64,000 nucleotides of DNA from Paecilomyces variotii. Lineage: Eukaryota. Shown here in pieces: positions 37,502-50,262 of this stretch. A program made the position numbers and the translations under genes. Each line of letters begins with the position of its first letter. Position 1 is the stretch's first letter. The stretch lies in NCBI GenBank assembly GCA_004022145.1, contig RCNU01000003.1. One strand, written 5' to 3'. The notes below the pieces were generated by a model. It made no database searches. It had not been told where the DNA came from and saw nothing but the letters and a program-made list of their open reading frames with translations.

Positions 37502-39023
37502 CATGGGACACAGTTTGATTTCGTTGATTCTTCGTTTATTAGCATTATCAAGGCGGCGCAGCCGCGGGAGGCCTTACAATTCTCTTGCGTGATTTTTTTC
37601 TTTCGGCTTTTTGGGCTAGGTTGGGGATTCAACGACATCTTTTTTTTGACGATAAAATTCCCAGGAATGATTGGACACGGCACGAATTCGGATCAGATCG
37701 ATTGTATACATCCTGGGGTCTGGTGGGTTTTGTTCATGGGACGAAGTATTTGTTTGCGAGAACGAGGAAGAACGGGCATGTCTGCGATGAGCGATATCAT
37801 ATATGCACCTCTTCCTATATGCATCTGCGGCCCAGCAAAAGAATTGGACCGGGGTGATGTTTCTCACCTTATCTCTCGCGTTGTCTTTTCGGGTAGGGAA
37901 AAAGAGTCTACCTATGACGGACTGTCTGACGAGAGACAACATGTTATCTATGTACCTAGGCATGTATATATGTTCTTTATGCACCGCTGCTATTTTCTCT
38001 GCTGTTGTACACTATCTCTTTTTTTTGTTTTGTCTGTTTTCTTGCTGCTTGAAATGATCTGGGCATGTTTTAGCTTCTGCGCCATCTGTCCGAGACCTGG
38101 GTGTAATTATAGAATCCGGATCTGTTTCCTATTATCATTTTTATAAAGAGATGACATTCTTCATATTTCTCACATTATACCGGTGATCTACTAGTATACT
38201 AGGCTAGGTAGTTAGGTAGTCAGCCTCTCACACGTGTACAATACACACCCCCTATAGGTTAATTTGACCGGAGAGGGGTATTCTACTAAACTCCTAGTCA
38301 GTTAATATACTTTACTGCTGACTGAAGCGTATTTCGGTTCAAGACCAAGCAACACCCTTTGATACTACGAAATTCAAGTGCTCCCGGAGGTTGGAAAATA
38401 TATAATCAGACAGTTGGCGCTGGATTGATTTTAGTTCCGGGGTCGGATGAAAGGTGGTCTGCTTCGCGGACTTATGCTATAGTTAAATAGTTACTGACTT
38501 GCGAACTATTAGTTAACTCGTCTGTTACTTACTTATCCTTTGACATTCCCATGGTCTAAAATCCAGCGAATAGAAAAAAGAAATGATTGAATGAACTAAT
38601 CAAACGAACAGTTATATATCAGGATAATATGCTACCTAGTGATGCTAGTTTACTACTGAAACTCCGATTAAGTACGTGTACGCCGCCAAGCCCCCCTAGA
38701 CTAACCCCGACCTATGATGTAGTTGGCTGGAGAGTACATCCAACACCTTTTACCAGTATTGTTCAGTTGCGACGGAAGTAAGGATCGGACTCTCTACTCT
38801 CATATCCAGGGCCTCGTCTCTATCTGGGCTGGTCGCTTCACTCCATTTTCTTTACGTTCTCTGTTGAGTCCTCTTTGCGAGCAGGGTCAGAGTCTAGGTA
38901 TCTCCTACTTAGTCTTGTTACCTTTTCGGTGGATTCGCTTCTTGTACGCGGTATAGCTGCTACATGGCACGGTCGTCCGGAACATAGGCTGAGCTGTAGT
39001 TCGTCTTCTTCGCCATCGTCGCA

Positions 39024-42000
39024 ATGCCGGGCCTGGTGCGAAAGCTCCTCGTCATCGCCGCAGTTGACGGGCTGATCCTCCAGCCCCACGGGAATGCGCA
39101 GCGCAATGCCAGCAACGGACACCACGCCATTCAGATTCAGTATAAGACGAGGAAGATCTCGTCGTTGCCGCCACAGTCGCTGCCGTCGGTCAGTCCTGAT
39201 CTGAATGAGAAGAAGCAGGATGGGGAGGCAGAAGGGAAGAATCAACAGCAGAAGCAACAACAGCAGAAAGATGCAGAGCTGGAAGCGCATGGTGTTGTTG
39301 GTGAGTTTTCCCCGCGGCCTGAGCGGAGCGCACGAGGGAGAGAGAGACAGGCCAGTGCGATTATACTCGTTGAAGAATAGCCATGCTGATTATCGATTGA
39401 TGTCCTTTTCTTCTGGCGAAACAGGTCTGCTATCAGTAGCGTCTTATTCATTTCTGATTTCAATCACGCAAAGAGAGCAAGTCGCTCAGATCCTCGGCAA
39501 ACCCATCTATGCAGTGACGAACGTCGCGATCATCCCTCTCTCCTCGCAGTCCGATGCAAGTCGCGCGATCTTACAAGCTCATGAGAATCTTTCTGGCGGC
39601 GAACTGGGACCCGGGGAGACAGCCTCGGACGCATCGACTGATGCCTCCAGTATTACTAGCGATGGCGCGGAGAGTGGCGTCAGTGAGGACCAGACCATAA
39701 GCGCTCCTGCAGCATCCTCCCATAAGAGAGACGGGAGCGTGAGCAGTATCGTCGAAGACGTCATTGGCAAAAAGGGTCGGTTTACAGTCAATTGGTTCTC
39801 GGGACAATGGGGACTAGGACGAAGCAACAACAACAACAACAACGTCGCTGGTAAAGAGACCGATGCTGATCAAGAAAGCGATCCGGTTGCAACTCTTCCA
39901 GGGGCAGACATTTCGGACGTGAAAGAGGAGGCGACGACCGCTGCGCCTGAAGGGGTAATTCCGTCCAAGAAAGAGGCGCAAGAGGATCATACGCCGGATG
40001 AGACGGTGGAGCTGATGCCTAAATTGCTTCGGTATACGAAGCTGCTTTTCTCTTCTAAGAATTTCTTTTTCTCATATGATCATGATCTCACGAGACGGTT
40101 CAGTGTGGAGGACCCGATTAAGGCGCATTCGCCGCTATACACCACGGTAGATCCATTGGTACGTACTAGCTTGTTGTATCTTATGAGTGTATCGGAGCTA
40201 ACAGTCTGCAGTATTTTTGGAATAAGCATCTAATGAATCCTCTGATCGAAGCCAGTGCGCATAGCTTCATTCTGCCTCTTATGCAGGGGTTTGTAGGCCA
40301 GAGACAGTTTTCGGTTGCTGCTCCGGAGAAGAAACCGCAAGAGGAACGGAAACCTGATGAACCCGCTGCAGAGGGTAGCGTCCTTGCGGAAACGCAGGAG
40401 GTGGAGTCGTCTGAGAAGGGCTTGGAAACGCACGAATATCTGCTTACGCTCATCTCGCGACGATCGATCATGCGTCCAGGATTGCGATACCTGCGGCGTG
40501 GTGTGGACGACGATGGGAACACCGCTAATACGGTAGAGACGGAGCAAATCCTCTCGACTCCTTCATGGGACCCTTCTCGCAAGGTGTACTCGTTTCTGCA
40601 ACTGCGTGGCTCTGTACCCATCTACTTCTCACAATCACCGTATTCCCTCAAGCCGGTTCCAGTGCTCCATCATTCGGAGCAGACTAACCAGCTTGCGTTC
40701 AACAAGCATTTCCGGGAGCTGAGTAAGAGATATGGGAAGATTCAAGCAGTTTCGCTTATCGACAAACATGGAGGGGAAGCCAAAGTTGGAGAGATGTACG
40801 AGAAATATGCGAAGGCTCTTAGTGAAGGGGGCACCATGGACGGGTCGCAACTGCGTCTTGAGTGGTTCGACTTCCATAGCGAATGCCGTGGGATGAAGTT
40901 TGAAAATATCAAGAAACTGGTTGATAGTCTCGAAGAGACTCTAGACGAGTACGGGGAGACGGTTATTCAGGGCAACAACATCCTACGGAACCAGACAGGG
41001 ATTGTGAGGACGAACTGCATGGATTGTTTGGACCGCACGGGAGTCGCGCAGTGTGCCTTTGGCGGAAGAGCGTTGGAGAGGGAGCTTCTCAGTGAAGGCA
41101 TCAGCATTGACCTGCACGGAGACTCATCCACCCAGTGGTTCAATATCCTCTGGGCCGACAATGGCGATGCTATCTCTAAGCAGTATTCGTCCACTGCGGC
41201 TCTCAAGGGCGACTACACCCGGACCAGGAAGCGCGATTACCGTGGAGCCCTGAATGACTTGGGCTTGACCATGTCTCGCTACTTCAACAACATCGTCAAC
41301 GACTACTTTTCCCAGGCATGCATCGACTACTTGCTTGGCAACGTCTCGATGGGAGTGTTCAAGGAGTTCGAGATGGAGCTGCAGTCTGCGGATCCCGGTA
41401 TTTCAGTGCAGAAACTCCGACAAAACGCCATCGAGACCAGCTGCAAGATCGTAATTGGTGACCAGAGGGAAGAGCTCCTGGGAGGATGGACGATTCTGAC
41501 TCCTCGTCAGCCCAACACCCTGCGAACCCTCCCATTCGAAGAATGCGTCCTGCTCCTGACCGACTCCGCAGTGTACAACTGCCGCTTCGACTGGAACACG
41601 GATAAGGTCCTCTCCTTTGAACGCATCGATCTAAAGTCCATCATCCGCATCAACTACGGCACATATATCACCTCCGTGATGACAGACATCCAGCAAGACG
41701 AAAAGCGCAATGTCGGCCTCGTCATCGTCTACCGTGACGCCGATGAGAACGCGCTACGCGTCAACACCCGCTCTCTTCGCAGTCTCTTCAAACAAGACGC
41801 CCAGGATAGCGAAACCAAGAACGAATGGGACATTGCATCGTGGCTGAAAGGCGAAAAGAAAACTACAACACGATTCATTGCCTTCAAGGCCCTCCCTGTG
41901 TCCAGTTGCGTGACGGTCCAGAACCGGAACAACCTCGCCGTCAGCGAGATTGATTCCGTTCGCTCGATCTGTGTCGAGATCGAACGCGCCATGATGACTG

Positions 42001-42140
42001 CTGAGGACGGAGGTCCAGGACATGTCGAGAAAAGTTCCGTTATCGAAGAACAAGATATCATTTCATTAGACGAAGCGAAGAAGCGAACGGGGTATTTGGA
42101 GCATTTGGTTTATGATTTCAAGAAGTTGGTTTGGGCGTGA
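39024..42140 (+). CDS. Sac-domain phosphoinositide phosphatase (Sac2/INPP5F-like, with C-terminal hSac2-like region)
   Basis: Three exons with introns at about 39301-39424 and 40159-40211. Motifs: 'FFFSYDHDLT', 'LISRRSIMRPGLRYLRRGVDDDGNTANTVETEQ', catalytic CX5RT 'RTNCMDCLDRTG', and 'WADNGDAISKQYSSTAALK'. Confidence 0.92.
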
Positions 42141-43691
42141 TTTTTTTTTATACAGGTACGTATAATTATGGAGATGAGTAGAGATTATGAGAATATTCAT
42201 GACGCATCCGTATATTCTATGATCTTCTCTTCTGCCAATCCTCTATTATGAGTATAAATAGCCTAAATAGACAGGAAAGATTCAAGACAGTCTTTTCAGA
42301 ATAGTGATTTGTCCCCGGCAACAAAGAAGAAATTATAGTCATTTTTCAAATAATTATCACGAATGATCTCATATACCACATCGCTAAACTTCAAGCATGA
42401 TCATGATCATGCTCCATGGTCCTGGGACCTATTTATGTATGTACCTCATTAGTACACAGTAGCGGGGTATAACAATAGCAGTAGCAGTAAGTACCGTACC
42501 CAACAAACTAGGACGCTCAGATCTCCCACGGCCACTCATGATCTTCCGCGTGCACATGCGCAGCGGCAGACTGAGTTAGCTGGGCCAATGTGGAGAGAGG
42601 ATGGGGAAGATCGAAATGGTCGCAAGGGAACAGGAAGGAAGTTGAGATATTCTTCGGTAGGTAATGTTACTGTAAATAGTTATCTACGTTGCTTACTTAC
42701 TTAGTATGTGTGTACTGTACGTGTACCTAGATAGACAGTTTCTGGGTTCCTTGGCATGTGATTATTGGTTTTTATTTCTTCTTCTATGCATGTGTATAGT
42801 TATATGCATCTTGTAGAGAAGGAGGAACTATATATATATATATATTATATATAATTTTCTTTTCTGTTGGTTTCTCGTGAAGAAAGTCCAATATAGCAAG
42901 TGACGGGACCAAATAAGTGATACTTCCTTTCTGCCGGCGAACAGGATTAATTTGGGCAGAGTTCGTTGGTAGTTGGTTGGGTTGCAGAGAGCCGTATTAA
43001 TATCTTACTGTATCACAGCCTTTTTTTTTTTCTCGCCACTCCTTTTTTATATATACAGTTGTCTTTTCTCAAGTAAATAATCATCCATACTACTTAGAAC
43101 TGCCCACCCCCTCACCCTCACCGCAGTGAGAACCCGCCCCCGACATCGTCCACTGTGTCTAGCCCCCTGCTGGACAAGGCGCGTTGGGACTTGCTTGTTG
43201 TCTCTGAAATACTGAATAATAATAGATATCAGGTTCCTGATCGGAGATCTCATCGTTTCTGTTTCTTTTTCTCGGACGTTGCAGGGTTGGGTGGCTACTT
43301 AAGAAGTGTACAGATCCCGTCGGTCTGCTGGTTGCTATTTGGTACTTAGACGCCGCCCATATTTTTTTACCCTTTTTCTTTTTTCTTTTCCTCGCAAAAA
43401 AAGAGGTCACCGTGGAGAAAAAGGGAGCTGTGTAACTTCAAATATAGAGGATACACTAGTTATCCTGTGGGACAACTCTTTTTTTTTTCGCCTTTTTTCC
43501 TTATTTTTTTTCCCTTCTCGACCTCGCCTGGTTCACACGCTGTCCTCGCCAAGCAACGTTTCGCGGAGCTTTATCCGTCATCGCGGGGCTTCCATCCTAA
43601 ACGCTTCCCACTCGGTCCCCGTACGTGTCGGCGGTCTTTTCTCCCCTGTCCCCCCCCTTCACTTCGCTACCACCGCGAGCATTTCTCCAAG

Positions 43692-46600
43692 ATGGCGTGG
43701 CAACCGCAGGACGAGCCATTGAGACAGCTGGCGGGTTATCTGAGGGACTCCCTGAACGGATATGATCGCGCCGTTCAGAAACAAGCGGAGCAGGTGAGTT
43801 TGCTGTCCGCTTTGCAGCTTCTGGGGATTTTTTTTTTCTTCTTCTTCCGATCCTGGTCCATCAGAGATCACGGAAGATGCCGCATACAACCCAGGATCGA
43901 GGGTGCCAGAAGAGCTGGGCTAACGAAAGGGTCTCTCCGCTGCGTGAATGACAGATGCTCGTGCAAGCGACGTCGTCTCCCGATTTCGTCAACTACCTCA
44001 CATTTCTCTTTGCTACGCCCCAAGTACCATCCGCTGTTGGGGTTGACCAGAATACCTACAATGTCGTCCGTTTCGCCGCTGCCATGAATCTGAAGACGAA
44101 GATTCATGTGGCATACACTACCATCCCGCAACAGAGTCTAGCCTATGTGCGATCTGCCACCATCCTCACGCTCCGAGACCCCAACCCGCAGGTACGGAAT
44201 TCGGCTGGAAGTATCATCGCGGAGTTGATCCAGCGCGCGGGGTTGTTGGCATGGCCAGAAGTGCTTCAGGAGTTGATCTCGCTGGTGGGCAACATGCCCG
44301 GGGATGTGCCGGTGGTCGCCCAGGAGGCAGCGATGTCGGCTCTCGCCAAGGTCTGTGAGGACAATCGCAAGATCCTCGACCGGGACTACCAGGGACAGCG
44401 TCCCCTAGATGTGATTATACCCAAGCTTCTCGAGTTTACCCAGAGCCAGAGCCCCAACGTGCGCTCGATGTCTCTGCAGACGATCCACGTCTTTCTCCCG
44501 CAAAGACCCCAGGCGCTGATCGCATCGTTGGACCTCTTCCTGGCCCAGCTTTTCAGACTTGCCAACGACCCAAACACAGAAGTACGGAGGACAGTGTGCC
44601 AGAGTTTTGCGCAGCTGGTCGACTTCGCACCCGAGAAGCTAATCCCCCACATGGATGGCCTGGTGAACTATATATTGATGCAGCAGCATAACCCGGAAGA
44701 CCCCGAACTCGCCCTGGATGCAGCAGAATTCTGGCTGGTGGCTGGTGAGCAACAGACGCTGCACGAGCCGCTGGCAGCCCACCTGCCCAAGATCATCCCC
44801 GTCTTGCTGCAGAGTATGGTATATGATGAAGACGATGCCATCAGACTTGCGGGCGAACAAGACGACGCGGAACAGGAGGATCGTGAGGAGGATCTAAAAC
44901 CGCAGTTCGCCAAATCCAAGGGAGCTCGTCTGGAACTATCCAAGGGAGATGGAGCTTCTGCTAACGGCAATGCTGCCAATACAGAGGACGATGATCTCAG
45001 TGATGGTGAGATTGATGACTCTGAGTTTGGCGACGAAGATCCCGAGGATGAGTGGACGCTGAGAAAGTGCTCTGCCGCTGCACTCGATGTTTTTGCCAAC
45101 GTCTATCACAATCCCGTGTTCGAGATCATTCTGCCGTACTTGAAAGATACTCTCCGTCACGAACAGTGGCCGAATCGGGAAGCCGCCGTGCTTACACTGG
45201 GTGCTGTCGCTGATGGGTGTATGGATGCCGTTACACCTCACCTTCCCGAACTTGTCCCCTACTTGATTTCTCTTTTGAATGATGCCCAGCCCGTTGTCCG
45301 ACAGATCACTTGCTGGTGTCTCGGAAGATACTCTGAATGGGCCTCTCATCTGGATGATCCCGTCCAGAAGGCTCGCTTCTTTGAGCCGATGATGGAAGGT
45401 ATCCTCCACCGGATGTTGGACAACAACAAGAAGGTGCAGGAAGCGGCTGCGTCAGCCTTTGCCAGTCTCGAGGAGAAGTCTGATGCCAACTTGATCCCCT
45501 ACTGTGAGCCCATCCTACGGCAATTTGTCCAGTGCTTCGGCAAGTACAAGGACCGCAACATGTACATCCTGTACGATTGCGTGCAGACGCTGGCAGACCG
45601 TGTCGGTTCAGAACTGGCCAAGCCTAACCTCGTCGATACCCTTATGCCTGCTCTTATTGATCGTTACAACAAGGTTTCGGACCAGTCGAGAGAGCTCTTC
45701 CCGCTGCTGGAGTGTCTGGGTTACATTGCCACCGCGTACGGAGATGCTTTCTCGCCTTTTGCGCCTCCGTTGTTCCAGAGATGCATCAAGATCATCTACC
45801 AGAACCTGCAGGAATATATGGCCGCCGTGAACAACCAGACGGGTGAGGAGCCGGACAAGGACTTCCTGGTCACCAGTCTGGATCTCCTGAGTGCGATCAT
45901 CCAAGCCATCGACCCTCAGAAGAGCGGTGAACTCGTGGCGAACTCTCAGCCACGCTTCTTCGATCTGCTATGTTATTGCATGGACGACCCGAACAACGAG
46001 GTCCGCCAGTCATCATACGCTCTTCTGGGCGACTGTGCTATGAACATCTTCCCTCAACTCCAACCATTTATTTCTAATATAATGCCTATCTTGATCAAGC
46101 AGCTGGATCTTGATCTCATCCGGGACGACGAGTCGCAGACTGGCTTCAGCGTTCTCAACAATGTCTGCTGGTCATGTGGAGAGATTGCAGTGAAAAAGGC
46201 GGATCTTGCGCCTTACGTCGACAAATTATACCAAGGACTGCTGATCATCCTCAGCAATGAGGAGATTCCGGACTCGGTGAATGAAAACGCCGCGCTGGCC
46301 CTGGGTCGACTCGGTGTATGCTGCTCGGACCAGCTTGCACCACATCTGGCCGAGTACGCCGACGTTTTCCTGAAGTCGATGGCCAAGATCGACTTTACCC
46401 GTGAGAAGGCATCCGCATTTCTTGGCTTCAACCAGGTTGTCATGAAGAACCCGCAGGCAATGGAAGCGTGTCTGGCAGATTATTTCCAGGCGATTGCCAT
46501 GTTCCCAAGCAAATCTCTTGGCCAGGAAGACTACCATGATATCCAGAGTTCATTCCAGCAGGTGAGTTTGTACTTGACACTGGAGAAACAAACGAAGTAC

Positions 46601-46716
46601 TAATTCTCTTGCAGGTCCTTCAAGGCTACAAAGATATGATACCCAATTTCGACTCCTATCTCTCCCAGCTTCCGGCTCCTGTCACGCAGAAGCTTCGTTC
46701 CGTATACCAGATTTAA
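43692..46716 (+). CDS. kap104: Transportin / importin beta-2 (karyopherin Kap104)
   Basis: N-terminus 'MAWQPQDEPLRQL', HEAT repeats, and the acidic loop 'EDREEDLKPQF..DDDDLSDGEIDD..EDEWTLRKCSAAALDVFA'. Three exons with introns at about 43794-43955 and 46562-46614. Confidence 0.95.
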
Positions 46717-47158
46717 ATATCACCTGGGATTATCTTTTCTCTTCTAGTCCATAGATTCAAAGAAAGAAAGCAAACAAAAAATGAAAAACTATTAATATTC
46801 TCACTCGTCTCGTTCGCTGTGCATTTGGAGCAAGGCTGAACGGCGCAACGGAGTGTCTTGTATCATTATTAAGACTTTTCATCATCGCCTTAGAGGAATT
46901 ATTTTTTCTACATTGCGTATCAATATTTGGATCAACATAGTGGATTCATCAGCATCGTTGAGACTATACGTCTATCTCAACACACGAGAAGAATACTTTG
47001 AATATACATACATTCAGCTTAGATTATTACAATCATCCCAGTGCGCTTCAGTATAAATATCTATTCGCCCTAAAATACTCCTTTTCTCATCTTTTTCATC
47101 ATCCAAAAAAAAAAAAAATCCCAAAAGATCCACAGAGCGGTACCAACCGGGACCAAAC

Positions 47159-47595
47159 TCAACAACCATGACTCCCCTGCGGCTGCCCAGTCGTACACCC
47201 ATTTGAACATAACTTCGGATGTCCCACGATCCCCGGATTCTTGCAGTGGAAGAGAATATCTTTCAGATCGTCCGTCGCGAGATCAGTCCCGTTCAGCACG
47301 GCTTTAAGATCCGATTCTGTGAAGCCTTGAGAATTTATCAAGTTAGTATCGAGATGGATCGATACGGTAGTGGGGAAAAGAAAAAACAAAGAAAATAGAG
47401 TTAGGTTATATAGTTAAGTATAGGGACGTTGTGTATGGGTAGTAGTAGGTATGGGGACTCACCATTGGATTTTATGAGATCATCAGCGCAGTAATCGAAA
47501 CTCGGGGTACATGTTTTCTTAGCTGATGTTGAGGTAGAGAGAGAGAGGAGAGCGAGGATTGGGAAAAGAAGAATTGTTGTTGTTGTGGGTTTCAT
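47159..47595 (-). CDS. Small secreted cysteine-rich protein (99 aa, 6 Cys)
   Basis: Exons 47595-47463 and 47325-47159 total 300 nt. Signal-peptide-like N-terminus 'MKPTTTTILLFPILALLSLSTSTSA'. Mature part 'KKTCTPSFDYCADDLIKSNGFTESDLKAVL..LFHCKNPGIVGHPKLCSNGCTTGQPQGSHGC'. Confidence 0.82.
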
Positions 47596-48630
47596 TTTTT
47601 TTTTTTTCTTCTTCTTTCCTTTCCTAAGGATATATACGCGTATGTATATCGTCTTGGTCGCTGGTATAGTAGAATAGTAACGTGGTGACTACTCAAGAGA
47701 AACCAAAGGTAAGTAAAAAGTTATATGTGTGTGTGTGTGTGGTGGTTATGGTCGTGATTGATAGTTTCTAAGTAGTATTTATTTATTTATTTACGCCCGC
47801 CTCCAACAAGACAGCCCTCTCGTGTCTACTTAAGATAAAACACTGACGTAAGAACCTAACAAGAATAACAAAAGGGGTTTAGTTCCCCAAGGAAAGTATT
47901 CATTCTACTCTTACCAGTAGTAACTAAATCGAAAGGAAACTCTAGAGGTATGTACATGTACATATCTATTTCCCTTTCCGGTCTAGTTTCGGAATGGATG
48001 TGCTGTATGTATAAGAATTTTGATGGTGTGTGCTTTTTGGTATGTTGCGTTATTTATGCAATATGTACCTTAAGTAAGAGTAAGAGCGGCGGAGGTGTTG
48101 GGTTATTTATAGATACTCTCTCTGATTTATTTTAGCCTTGAGAGATTGTTATATTGTGATGGTTAGATTGTGTTTGATGTGGTGGGTATTATATGAATGA
48201 GAGATGTGGATTGTAGTTAGTTGGTGTGATCTTTATGTTATTGGATATCCTGAATGGGTGCGTTGGAGTCTTGGGATTGGCGCTACTGAAGCTGAAACAG
48301 AATGGTATGTCACCAGACTCATGTGGTCTCGTGGCTAGTTCCTTGATCTATGTACTCCGCGGTGTGGGTTAAATAATTTATGGAGAGTGGCTGAAGACAC
48401 GCGATCTGCGTACAAGCTTTGCGTGGAGATTTTAGTGGAATATCATTGCTTCGTATATGTCTGAGATCCTGCGTGTACATATGCTTCTGTATTTATGCAT
48501 CTGTGCTTCAACGCCATATATGCAGAGATGATATATATAAGCCATGGATCGGGAATGCCAGCAAATGCGTATGAACGGTGACATGTCATGCAGTGGTCCC
48601 TTTATCAATTCATGGAATAACAATGACTAG

Positions 48631-50262
48631 TTACAGCTGGAGCTTGGGTCCGTGGTACGGGCTCTTCGAGGTGTCGGAGGTAGAGAAAGTATTGGTATCG
48701 GTTCTCTTTGGGAACCCCTCGAATGATCGAGCATAGGTAGCGACAGAGTGAGCGACAAGCTAGGGGAAAATGTTAGCATGGTTCATGTATATATGAAAAG
48801 GAGCTAGGTAGTACCTTGGTGTTAACTTCCCAAGCCGTGAGGTTGACATTGGCGACAGTGTCGCAGATCTGGTGATAGCAAGGATCGTACCAGTCTCCAG
48901 CAACACCGCCAAATTGCTTTTGCTCAGTCTTGGTCTTGATACCTTCTGCGCCAGTGGCAATGCCACCTCCGGGAATGCCGTGTTTGATGAAAGCATCGTA
49001 GTCACTTCTTCCATCGAAAGGAATGTAGGTGAAGTTTAGACCCTTTGATCTGTAGAACTCGGTGTACAGGTCGCGGAGCTCCTCAGATCCGACCGGGTTG
49101 ACAGCGTTGGTGGCATTGTAGACCTGGTAGGCATAATTAGGCGAGGCGAGCATGTCGTAGTCCATGAAAAGGCGGATCTTCAGGTTCTCCTCTGGGGAAA
49201 GGACGGAAACGTAGTAGTCTGATCCGAGAAGGCCTTCTTCTTCACCCGCCCACCAGGCAAAGCGTACACAGTTGTTGACGCGGTAGTTCACCAGCTGGGT
49301 AGCGACCTCAAGAAGAGTAAGGGAGCCAGTTCCGTCATCGTTGATACCAGGTCCTTCTGCCACGCTATCACTATGACCGCCAAGCATGACGCAGTTTTCA
49401 GGGTCACCATCGCGTGTCTGAGCGATGATGTTGGTAGTTTCAATGCTCTCTACAATGGCATCAATGTAGGCAGTCGCGTCAACCTCTTCTCCATTCTTCA
49501 GCTTCTTAAGGTATGGTGCAGCATCAGAGTCTGAGATAGAAAAGGTGGCAACGTGGTCAGGAGATGGGGTTCCCAGAGTTCCGCCCAGGGAGCCCTTTTC
49601 ATTGTTGTAGATTACAGCAGCAACTGCACCAGCTCGTCCGGCAAACGCGGACTTGGTACCGAAGGGACACTCGCCGCGACTGATAAAAGCAATTTTGCCA
49701 GAAAGATCTGGGTAGTCTGAGTCGTTGCATCCGAAATCAGATACGAGTCCCAGAGGTCCGGAGACGGGCTCCTTGTCCTTGGTGGGTGGAGTCAAGCTCA
49801 TTGCGAGAGCAGACTCCGGAACCTTGTCTCCCAGAATGAGGCGAGACTCGAACACATTTCCCACAACTGCTGGAAATGACTGGTTTGACAGGGTATAGTA
49901 GTCTCCCAGTTCAGCGATGGTGGAGTAAATGTAATCAATGGTGCCAAGATGTCCTACAGACCGCGTCAGTGAAATCATTCACGAAAGACAGAATCCGACG
50001 AGATGATACCTTTGCTTCCAATGACTCTGGTCGGGTGATTGTACTCTTCCTCTCCCAGCTCTGCGATGCTGTAGAGTTTCTTGGCCCGTTGCAGCAGGTT
50101 ATCGGCATTGATGCGTTCTTGGATGGATTCGGAGCTAACCAGCTCCTTGCCGCCTGTTACTGGAATCTGGGGAGACGCTGCTGGTGGTGCGAAAAGCGGC
50201 TCTTGGGCGGCAATGGCGCCTCCCAGTAGAGATAGACCGAGGGTAAAGCTAGCTTGCTTCAT
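48631..50262 (-). CDS. Secreted M28 aminopeptidase with PA domain (aminopeptidase Y / leucine aminopeptidase 2 type)
   Basis: Signal peptide 'MKQASFTLGLSLLGGAIA'. PA domain 'GKIAFISRGECPFGTKS'. Zinc ligands 'GGHSDSV..GPGINDDGTG', 'WWAGEEEGLLGS', 'MDYDMLAS', 'DPCYHQICD'. Three exons. Confidence 0.93.

Noticed and set aside
38745-38760. CCTTTTACCAG resembling U5 snRNA loop 1
   Set aside because: It lacks the flanking stem and the GCC context, and no Sm site is evident.
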